Source of the DNA: Klebsormidium nitens
Taxonomy: Eukaryota; Plantae; Klebsormidiophyceae
Direction: 5' to 3'
Assembly (NCBI GenBank): GCA_000708835.1
Contig: DF237236.1
Span: 47,231 to 111,230, forward strand
Length of the DNA stretch: 64,000 nucleotides
Shown here: positions 46,267 to 56,516 of the stretch, piece after piece
Position numbering within the stretch: position 1 is the first letter of the stretch
Layout: every line of letters starts with the position of its first letter
The notes under the pieces: generated by a model
The model's database searches: none
Told to the model about the DNA's origin: nothing
The model's input: the letters and a program-made list of their open reading frames with translations, nothing else
Translations under genes and position numbers: made by a program

Positions 46267-47970
46267 ATGGCTGGGGTTGCACTGCTGTCGCAGCTGAACG
46301 GCCTGAGCCTGGGGTCGTCCTCTTTTCTCGCTGGCGCTAGCAGAATACCGTCAGCGTCAACCCCCACTCCCCTGCCCGCCTATGCACCTTTGAGCATTGA
46401 GGCTGCGCACAAAAAGGGAACGGGGAGTACAAAGAACGGACGTGACTCGAACTCGAAGAGCAGGGGGGTGAAGATTTATGGCGATCAGCCTGCAAAGGCG
46501 GGGGCGATCATCATAAGGCAATGCGGGACGCACGTGAGTTGTCTGGCCTCCTTGACTTGGTTCTGTCACATTGGTTGTCAAGCTTTCTGAGAGTTGATTC
46601 ACTGGTGAAAATCTGGTGTTGAAACAAACAGGAGCGTGTTTTGCTGCATTGTAATGTCACGTCGACTATCGTACCAATGCTGCGACCTCTAGAGGGCGAC
46701 TGGATACGATACCCTAATACGAGTTTGCTGCAAGCCTGTGCTGGAGACGAGAAGAAGCGGGAGACTTTGCATTTTTGCCAGAACCCTAGAATATGGGATG
46801 CCGGGCAGCGCTTTTTTTTATTCCCCAACTCGGAGCTTCAAACAATATTTCATTGCCGGTTGGGCAGTGCTGCCAGGGCAAAGGCCGTGTTGGAAGCGAA
46901 AGCCTGGGTCCACCTCAGCCTTCTGTCGGTTAAATTGCAGCCGCTTACATTCGGAATGTCCAGGGTGCCTTGATGGTAACGGTGCGGCGAAGATCGGAGT
47001 GTACGGCGCGGCAGAGCGACAAGAACGCTGCCCGCAGCTCAGAGGGCTTTCTGGTCCACCTTCTCCGGAGAAGGAATTTCAAAGAGATCCTTGACAGACT
47101 GGAGCCTGACTGAATAGTTATTAGCTTTGCCTGCACTTTCAAGAGGTAAAGTTGGTCGGGCTCTGATGCGGATTTACTGGCTGGTCATTCGGTTCCAATG
47201 GTCCAATGGCAACTTGGAGCCTCGCGCTTCTCGGCAACTGCAGCTATACCATATCAAAAGGCCGCTTTCTGAACAATCTGCAACCAACCTGTGGCCCTCA
47301 CTCGTTGCAGATTCACCCCGGAAAGAACGTCGGTCTTGGAAAGGATTACACCCTTTTCTCCCTGATTGACGGTGTTGTCAAGTTTGAAATGAAGGACAAG
47401 AAGAGGAAGAAGGTGAGCTTTGTCAGGCCGCCTTTCAACTGGCTTGCAGTCCAAGAAAAGGAGTTGCTAACACAATTTGTGTCTGATCATACCCTGCTAT
47501 TGTCGTAGTAAGCAGGTCGCCATAGGAGCTGCAGTGCATAATGCTCGTTTCCCAAGACCATTCTGGTTTCTCTCTCCGATTCCCTCTCCTTTCTGGTTTG
47601 TTGTTGCTTCCAACCTTTTCTAGCGTTCAGGTAGAAGCGTGCGTTCTGCTTTCTTCGTCGCAGCGCATGCTAATTGCTGCAAGACAGGGCTGATCGGCAT
47701 CCTTCTTAGAACTTCTTTGTCGGAATCATGGTTAAAAGTAGCACGGAGACTTCTGGGTCGGCCCTTGGAAGCTCGTTTGTCACCATTCTGCTGGGTTGAC
47801 TGCAGGTTAGCGTCTACCCTAGGATTGAGGAGGAGTCGGCTACCCCCGTCGACAACAGGCGCACGAGGCAAGCAAAGTATTTCCACGATAGGCGGGTAGA
47901 GAAGAAGATCGCCATGGGGTTGTTTGACGCTCCCGGGTCTGAGGCGGAGGCGCTTCCTGTGGCCGCCTAG
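46267..47970 (+). CDS. RPL27: Plastid 50S ribosomal protein L27 (bL27c) precursor, 3 exons, 177 aa
   Basis: Exons 46267-46533, 47311-47412, 47806-47970. Transit peptide, then [36 protein letters not shown]|..[30 protein letters not shown], plus a plastid-type C-terminal extension. Confidence 0.95.
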
Positions 47971-49018
47971 ATTCTAACAACGGAAGTATTGTTTTCTTAT
48001 TGATCTCAAAAAATGCAAACCCAAGCACACCAATCATTCGGTTTGAGTATAATCAAAAGGTAACGCATGCTTGGCTTGGTTCATACATGCGTTCACGGAC
48101 TATGAAAGTGCACAGCATCTTCTATTTTGCGGAGTCTGCGCAAAACCGAGCCGGCTCATTGATGAGTCGACTCGGCCTGTTTTTAGTGGAGTGCAATGCC
48201 CACTGAAAAGCGGCATCTTCATCCAAGTCTCCGCGTGAAAGTTTTGATGCCAGAAACATGGCCCTTGTCAATCGAAACGTAGCCTGTGCACAGGTTTACA
48301 TGTAGATTGATCGTTAGTTGTTTCATCGATTGGATGCCCTCCTAGCCAAGCCAGCTAGGCCGGATGGCTCAAGTACGTAGGTGTTTGCCGCGGGCCATAT
48401 GGGCAATCATGCATCGGAAGAGGTTTGAAACCTCATGTTCACACTTGCCGCCATATGTAGATGAAACTGGGCTCCATGCAGTGGCATGGCACATGGCCTG
48501 CATGCAATCAACCGTCACTACACACTATAACACATGCCAGCATTTTACTAGAACCTCACATGCGTACACTACTATACAGAGAGCTTGCAAGCCTCTATAG
48601 GCTATTTCCAGATTATCGCGCAAACATGCATTTCATGTACACCATCATATATATAAGGCCCAATCTCCAATCCATGGCGGCCGTGACCATGTCTGAGCAT
48701 CCAGCCTGTTAGTATGCTGACTGCTGCATGTAGCTTGATTAGAAGCCTGAATTCAGACTACAGGTTCCAACTCTGATATTTGTTGCCAGGTTCGAATCTG
48801 AGATCGTTGCTTTGGGCACGCGTTCCCCCCTAACCCATGACATGATAGCCACAATCAATGGAAAGCAGATTTTACGCTACTTTTTCCCACCTTGATGCGG
48901 CCCTTGTATGCTATGATCCCAAATTATTTCCTCTATTAGTTTTAACAGCTTTGAGCTCTGATTGGCCCCGCGGATCACCATAGCCAGAATTGTCCGAGCC
49001 TTGATAACACGGTCTTCT

Positions 49019-52000
49019 TTATCCCGAAGTAACTGTAAGTGTCTCTTGCAGAGCGGCCGCTACGAGAGCGTCGACATCCGTGTACTTCAAGATGCCGCTG
49101 TCGACGTGTTTGAAGACGACGTCCTCACCGTCAAAGACAATTGAGCCGCCTTGCTGAGTCAAGAGGCGGGTCTCTGGCGGGCTCATTTCACCCCCTGCGT
49201 AAAGAAAAGACGAGATTCCGCATCTCAAGCAAAGAAAGCGTTTCGAAGCGCAAGCGGGATGGTTTGTACATGTTTGCTGTTGCATTTTGAAGTGCGACTT
49301 ACGATCGGTTGCCTGCTCTCATTTGACACCGTAGGTTTGGGCAGAGGCTCGCCGGGCAGTCAATCCACGACAGTATACAGTTGGAACCAGATGACGGGAG
49401 TCTCAATCAACTTCCCAGGTTCCGCTGACGGGCATCAGTTGCGCATGAATTCCCCATTGCTGTTGCTAACAACGTTCGGTCGCTCACATTTCTGCAGGAT
49501 GCCAAACATGTTGAAGAGGCGCAGCGTGGCCAGTTCCATCGGCCGCTGATAGCCCTTCCCCAAGATGTCGAACGGGGTCGAGCCTTCGAAAACGGGCTTG
49601 CTGCCGCGGTCGCCGAAGTAGCCGCGGGCAACCTGCATGAAGGAGATGATCAGAGTCCTTCCGAACTGGGAAAGTATGGGACACTTACGAAGAGGTTCTC
49701 CCGAGTTCTCACAACAATCTGCTCAGAAGAGGCACTAAGAGTTGAAAGCATGAGTGTGGCCGGGAAGCCGCGGCAGGGCGCCATCCAATCCACACCTCTC
49801 AGCTTGCTCAAGAAAGAAGCTCTTGTCTTGTGCAAGTTTCCTCGTTTCATTGAATCGGAAGCATGTTCTACTTTTGCAGGTTAGACGGAGCTAGAAACGG
49901 ACGGAGGTGTCGACAGCCGACTCCTGCTTGTTGTATCAGTTGCTTGCCCTACTCGCCACTGTTTTAGTCCGCTTACCATGAGACCGACTTTTCTCCGTTT
50001 GATTCAGAATCTTATCATGACCTGGGTTGAGTACCTCGCTTATCCGGAGTTCAAATCTTCCAATTCAAGGATTCGTTCATCATTGCAGAAGATTTCGAGC
50101 GTTTGGCAACTAGAGCGGCGCACCTCTTGGATGGTGCCCGGAGAACCGATCCCCATTAGCATGGGCAGCAACTTGAGGTACGGGCTGACGCCAGCCTCTG
50201 GGGCAAAGCCCGGGGAGAAGTTGAGCGCCCGGTAGCACGCCCCGGTTGGATCTGTCGACAAGGAAGCACTGACGATACGGAGCGGACTCGAAGCGAGGAG
50301 TAGAAGGAGCCAGGGACGGAACGAAGGCACGAACGGAACGGAGAGTTGGAAGGCGAAAGTCGGGTTCATTTGCCGACATCTAGTAAGCCGGCGAAATATG
50401 TGTTCGCTTCGTTTCTTTGTAGGCAGTCGAAACACCAAGAAATTTGGTGGCGCTGTTTGCCTACAGGTTCGTTGAGCAGCTGACAAGTTGTTGGCAGCCC
50501 TCTCGGCGAGACTTTACCACGAAGCTCCCCTACAGGACACGCGTTCAAATGCGTGCAGGGTCTGAGTCGGCCCAATCTGCCCTGCTCGATCAGTTACTCC
50601 TCAACCCGCTGCTCGATTTGACTTGCCTGCAATTGTCTTAGGCTTGATTAGACTTTTGGTAGGCGCTTCGGACTTCAACTTTCTGTCAACACCCATCTCT
50701 CCTGTACATGATCTGCCGACCCACAGAAAACGTTGCTCCGCACCATCAACTTCTTTGACACCCATACTTACCGTCTGATATTGCACATGGGTACTCACCG
50801 TCGAATCCACAAACCTACACGAAATGGAATCTTCGCGGTTTGACCTGCACCGTCTTTCCGTAGGACAGCTACATCGAGAGGCCCATTCTAACCATACGCA
50901 ATCTCCTGACCCGCCAGATACGAACTGCACGCGAATCGATCACTGCTCTCTTACCAGCATACAGCAGCTGCAACGGGAAGCCCACGGTCTCCGCGAAGCG
51001 GCGCGCGTTGTCCGGACTGCCAAGGCCGACCGCGACGATTCGGACGCCGTTCGCCTGGAGCTCCGGCAGCTTCTTCGCCAGCTTCTGGGCAAACTCCCAG
51101 GAGCTCAGGTCTGCCCTGACGGGGACGAGCAAGAGACAACTAGTGGATTTTGGACGTCCGAAAAAGGTGCGGAGTGTAAGTCCAGGATATAAAGAGCCTC
51201 AAGTCTGGTCTGATGGGGCAAAGAGAGAGTGGGTTGGTGAGGTTTGGACGTCGGGAAAGGTGAGTATCGACGCTTCGGAAAATAAAGGAAAGGAGGTCCA
51301 TAACGAGAGGGAAGTATGTGCGGACAGTGAGGAGTGCAGACCCGAAAGTAAGGGCGCTCAGGTCTGCCCTGATGGGGGAAGGCGATGTGTGTGTTGGTCG
51401 GCGAGTCCGGGCGTCCGAAAACGGTCGTTAAGAATGACGTCTCAAAAGGTAAGTAAAGGCCAATACTTCTGGAACGGTGAAAAGCATTCGTGTAAAACCA
51501 TAAGGAGCTCAGGTCTGACGGGGCACATCGGTGAGTAATAGAAAGTTGGAAACGTAAGGAGAGAATGTCCCGAAAGGTGAGGAGTATATGGCCAGAAAGA
51601 TGAAGAGAGTGTGTCTAGAAAAGAAGGAGCCCGATACGGTCTTGACGGGGGGCAAGCGAGAGTTGGTGGGATCGGACATGCGAGAAGGTGAGGAAGTATA
51701 TTTTAAAAAGTTGAGAGGCGCAAGTTTAGAGTGTAAGGAGGTCAGGTCTGCCCTGGCAAGGTCAATTGAGCAGGTCTAGGAATCTGGTACATCCAGAAAG
51801 GTGGTGCGTCTGAACATGGAAAACATATGAACCTAACGTTTGGAGCTCAGGTCTGCCCTGACAAAGTAGCTGTTGGAGGTCGTGTCAAGAAGTTTCTTTG
51901 AGAAACCGCTCGCCCACCTGCGAAATGGGTCATGAACGGAATCACCACTCGCACGCCTGGTTTGGCCTGCGCATGTCGCAAGAGGAACATTGTGAGCGAG

Positions 52001-52661
52001 ATCGATCAATAGCAAACAAAAAGACTTCATGCCCAAAACATAATGGTGATCATAATATGGCCTGGGAAATGAAGAGCAGACAGTTTGATAAATGTAGAAG
52101 CTGGCCGTACATGTGTGATTCAATAAAATTGCAATGATGAAAACGTTTTCTGATTCTTGGGGATTGCAGCAGAAAGCAGGGGGAAATTCTGTCACAGAGT
52201 TGTGGATTGGATCCAACAAACCAGGAGCAAGCTGTCTTCTAGCACTAAAGTATTATGCTCACCGCCCAGAGAGAAAGGAGCTCCACTGGCTGCCCGCTCG
52301 CGGCCTCTAAAACCTGGACGCCTTTCAGGGCGTCATAATCTAGACTTGACCGTGCTGCCCCGCTTCTGGCTTTAGATACTCCATGAGACAAACTTCTACG
52401 TCGCTTGGACCCAAGCCTTAGATCTGTTCCCAGGCACAGCTGCGATTTGCGCGGCAAGTGCCATTGGCGAACTTGGAGTGTTTGGTTGAATCTGTGCAGG
52501 ACTCTAGAGGAAGCTCGGCTTTGGGCTGTCGCATTGAGAACTCGAGAAGGGAAAGGGAGTGGCTCGGAGGGGTAGGTTGCAGCTGGGGTTTGTGATCTTG
52601 AGCTGACTGCGTGACTCAAATGGGCCGCAGGGACCCGGGTCAGGGCGTGATTAGACGACAT
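49019..52661 (-). CDS. Plastid-targeted AhpC/TSA-like (peroxiredoxin-like 2, thioredoxin-fold) protein lacking CxxC, 6 exons, ~350 aa
   Basis: Exons (minus): 52661-52263, 51966-51918, 51110-50955, 50251-50124, 49632-49488, 49194-49019; 1053 nt in frame. VVIPFMTHFADLSSWEFAQ, VAVGLGS, LLYADPTG, RPMELATLRL, LLTQQGGSIVFDG..FKHVDSGIL match the algal/cyanobacterial AhpC-TSA_2 family. Confidence 0.85.
51190..51870 (-). repeat. Six decayed tandem copies of the intron-2 acceptor and exon-3 start filling the intron of the AhpC/TSA-like gene
   Basis: Real junction (plus) ggagctcaggtctgccctgacgggg at about 51100-51124. Copies near 51195, 51353, 51505, 51625, 51738 and 51842. Several also repeat the adjacent intronic ..ggacgtccgaaaa.ggt segment. 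Confidence 0.88.
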
Positions 52662-53263
52662 CGTGCCGAATGTACCTGTTACTTACTAATTCCAATGCTG
52701 TCCAATGTGACTCTTCTGGACGCCACCTTTCAGCGGATGAAAGACTGTGCACAAAATGTACAGGAGTCAGCCCTGCTGACTAGTACTGGGTCTGGAGCAA
52801 GAGCAAATGAGCGCAGTGAAACCTCGTTCACAACCACCTGCTAGCAACGGGTTGCTTGCTTGCTGGGCGCCGCCGCTGCTCTCGTCCAGCTGCCCCCCCG
52901 GTTCATGCCCTGCCCGCCTTCATCGCCCATCGCTGGCCGCCAAATCTTTTCATATTCTTCCTTGGACGCGTCTTGCAAGTTCAGGCAAATGTGGGGACCT
53001 TTCTGAGCAGATGGGTACTTAGGAATCAGGATTCGGAATGTGTGCAGGCCCCAGGGAGAACAGCTGGCCGGAGAATCAGGATGGTGCACAGATCAGAGAC
53101 TACCTAGGTTTTAACTCCGATAACCCATATGCCAGGCCTCCGAGTCCTATCCTACTTATGGCCGTCCGATGCCGAATCGAATGGCTCATATTATGCACAT
53201 CAACGCATTTCAGATTGGGTCAGTCAGTGGGCTGCCATATAACCAAACTACATATTAGTATTA

Positions 53264-53425
53264 CAGCTTCTCCCGATCAACCTGCCAGTTTTAGTGAATC
53301 TAAGTTACACTAATCTCACTCAACAACAGGCTGACNNNNNNNNNNNNNNNNNNNNTCATACCTTGGTAGTACGGTAAGTTTGTCTAAAATGTCACTAAAA
53401 TTGGCAGGTTGCTCGGAAGAAGCTG
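53264..53425. mobile_element. MITE-like / Tc1-mariner-like inverted-repeat element with TA flanks; interior interrupted by an assembly gap
   Basis: TA|CAGCTTCTCCCGATCAACCTGCCAGTTTTAGTGA (53264-53297) and TCACTAAAATTGGCAGGTTGCTCGGAAGAAGCTG|TA (53392-53425) form a 34-bp inverted repeat with 3 mismatches, TA on both sides and CAG termini. Confidence 0.6.
53336..53355. other. Assembly gap (20 N)
   Basis: Run of N in the sequence; true length unknown. Confidence 1.
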
Positions 53426-53643
53426 TAAACATTTCGCGTGAAGTGGTGGACAGAGAAAGGGCGACTGAGTGGTGGGGGCGTCCTTCGCAATCCATATTGC
53501 AAAAAGTGGTGCAGTGCATGCAGCAAGTTTGAATGGAAGTAGAGTGACTAAAGGACTGTAGAAGGCTTCTACGCACGCAATCCTGTACTAGATCCATTCT
53601 GCGTTGCCGAATAAACTCTTAGATTGCCGTGGCCGCTTTAGAT

Positions 53644-55498
53644 ATGCAAGTAGTGGGGGCAGGTTATGGGAGAACTGGCACCACCAGTCTAAAGGATGCA
53701 TTGGCACAGCTGGGGTTTGGCCCTTGTCATCACATGACTGAGGTCTGGGAGAAGGGCCAGATCTTCATGTGGCCAGACATTGAGCGAACGAGGCAAGAGC
53801 GAGGCAGGGCGGACGCCCACAAACTAGAGGAAGCGTTGAGGGGCTATCGATCTTGTGTAAGAGAATCTTCCATGGTTACAGGCAGATTAACTGCTTAGGC
53901 AGCCAAATCCTGGGGTGGTCATGCATTTGGAAAGGACGACAGAATTTTAGCTGCGCGTCTTCATACTTTGAGATTAAAGAAAGTTAGAATCTCCGTGGCC
54001 AGTACTCTGGCCCGCAAGTCTGGCCTGCGAGCACTTTGGAAGGTCTTTCAAAACTCAAAGTCTTATGAGAGGTTTACCGGTATGCGAGACAGGTACATGA
54101 AGCGAGTGAAATTGCCCCTTAATATGTTTTATCTTCCCAAAAACGCTGTTGTTATGATTACCCTTCAGAAAATTGTTGTTTCGAGTCCTTTCTTCTGGTT
54201 AGCCGCTTCTTAAACTCTTGCGCTATATCAACGGGAATTGCATCTTGAGAATCAGGGGGTAAATAAGCGGCTCGGGGATACTTCATAGGTGGCTTTGTAG
54301 GGGCCTGAGACACCAAACTTATCGGCTTGCCCAACAGCTATGATTACTTCGAAGTTGAAAAGTTGCTTTCTTAGGTGACCTGCATGGGGTGAGAGGCACC
54401 TTCCTGTGCCCCAGAATGCTTAAGGTTGACATCTTGGACACATCAAGTTTCTTACTGCATTGCTGGCATCTCTTGGGCGTCTGGAAGGTTGGCTGTTCCA
54501 TATATGCAATTGTTGACCTCAATTTTCTTCTTAAAAGATTGCCGCTCATCTTATTTTTGCTAGAGTCGTGACCAGTAAATCTAATTACGTGACTGTCCTC
54601 TCGCAGGTTGACTGGCCCACGTGCCGCTACTGGCGGGAGCTATCTGAGCTGTACCCCAATGCCAAGATCCTCCTCTCAGTGCGCGATTTCGACGGCTGGT
54701 ACAAGAGTGCGAGGGGCACCATCTACAAGTTTGGAGAGACGATCAAGCGAAAGCACAAGCGTTTCCCATGGTTGTTGCTCCTGCGAAGAGAAGCCTCTGC
54801 CTGGGCAAGCATGCATGAGATGCTATGGGGGAAGACAGGGGACTTCGAGGGCTGCTTCGAAGATAAAGAAGCGGCGCGCAGGATCTACGAGAGGCACATA
54901 GAGGAGGTGAGCCAAGTCCCAGGCCTGACAAAGCTGCAGTCTGCACATTCACATGGACTTTGCAAGGAACAGTGATGTTGGGCTTATTCCTGATGAGCGC
55001 TAGAATGTTTGAGCACGTAATAGAAAGCCACGAAACTTAGTGTAGCTGGATGCAAGTCCTCGGCAGTTCTTATCTTCTTGGACCTAGCGGATGGCCAGTA
55101 CTTCCGGGGTTTGCCAATTCGCCCTTGAATCGGAACCAAGCTTACCTGGTACATCATGAGTGATTCGTGCCTGAACTCAAGCTCCTTCTTAGTAGATTCT
55201 TGCTGTGCCCCCGCAGTTGGGAAGTGATCCAATTATCCTTTCTTTATCACAGGTGAAAGCGGCCATTTCAGCAGAGCGCTTGCTAGTGTTCGACGTACGA
55301 GACGGTTGGGAACCGCTGTGCAAGTTCCTCGGGGTGGAAGTACCCAACACTCCCTTTCCCTACAAAAACACAACCACAGAAGCTGCTGATTGGAGGTCCA
55401 TGGACACCTTGGACTACGTTTATGTGGGGCTTCCGATGATTGCTGTGGGGGCTGCTATTTGGGCCGTTCTGCGAGAACAGAGGGCTCAGCGAGCGTGA
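53644..55498 (+). CDS. Sulfotransferase-family protein (P-loop, Sulfotransfer_4-like) with C-terminal hydrophobic anchor, 3 exons, ~252 aa
   Basis: Exons 53644-53856, 54607-54906, 55253-55498. VVGAGYGRTGTTSLKDALAQLGFGPCHHM, VDWP, KILLSVRDFDGWYKS, RLLVFDVRDGWEPLCKFLGVEVPNTPFP. The true start may lie further upstream, near the gap. Confidence 0.85.
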
Positions 55499-56516
55499 TG
55501 TAACATATGATGCCCGTAGGGCGATGTGTTCGGTGCGACAAAACAGCTGCTAGGAGCACTGACCACTTGCGCTTCCAGGTTTTGAACTGACAAGCGATGA
55601 GGCTTTAACATTGGCCTAGCAAAGTGGGATATAGAAGGCACGCAGATCTTTCCAATAGCTTCCAATTAGTTGCGGCAGAATTTGTTTATTCTATATACTT
55701 TGTGTTGTTTCCAAACATAGCACTGAGGGCCGTGTGTCTGGCAATACGCTGACAAAAATTGACAGCAATACATAGGTTGAGCTCTAAAATTTAGGTTGTC
55801 GCTCTACATTCAGGGACGATGAGTGTATCATAGGCCGCGCTCGCATCAATTCTCGGTGCACTAATAATAGCTGCAGATCATTTGTTCTAGGCTAACCATA
55901 TGTTCAGATAGTTTTCAAAGTCGACTTAGAAAGCTAATGGTGCCACTGAGTCAAACTCTTGTGCATGATAGCTATATTGACTGCATCAATTGGAGAAGCC
56001 GCAACTTCTCGTCGACCTTGCATGGGCCCATATGGACCGTCTATCATGCACATGCTCGTTTGATACTTAAGCTATGATGCCATCGTCCACTGGGTCAATC
56101 ATGTGTATGCAGCTATGATAAGTATCCATCAAACAATCGGGATCCTGCGGTACAACAGTTTGACAGGTGCACATGGCCCGCATTCAGTGCATGGCATGTC
56201 TTGGTAAATGGATGCGGCATCAATGTCCGCCCCATCTGATAGGTTCTACAGAGAGAGTTTGAACCGTTGTTGGCCGGAGTCCCGAGAACGCCAAGTACTG
56301 CTTTTATGCTGGTGCTTGACATTCAAATAGCATCATCGTGCATGATGATGGTGTCCGCACCAAAAGGACGAGCAAATGAAAATTCTTGAACACGACTCAA
56401 TCATAATGCTTTCGACTACTCGGACTTACGCTCAAGGGACCTCCTTCTTAGTATGCACTCCGACTCCGGCACTTGATAAAGGAGCGAAAAGTCAACACGT
56501 AAGTGAACTGCATACC

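Noticed and set aside
48725-48800. tRNA-like A/B-box hints (tagcttgattag..., ggttcgaatct)
   Set aside because: No cloverleaf can be formed and the spacing is inconsistent.
49019-52661. Selenoprotein (SelU/PRXL2-like UGA readthrough) in the AhpC/TSA-like gene
   Set aside because: No in-frame TGA in the spliced model, and the active-site position has no Cys or Sec.
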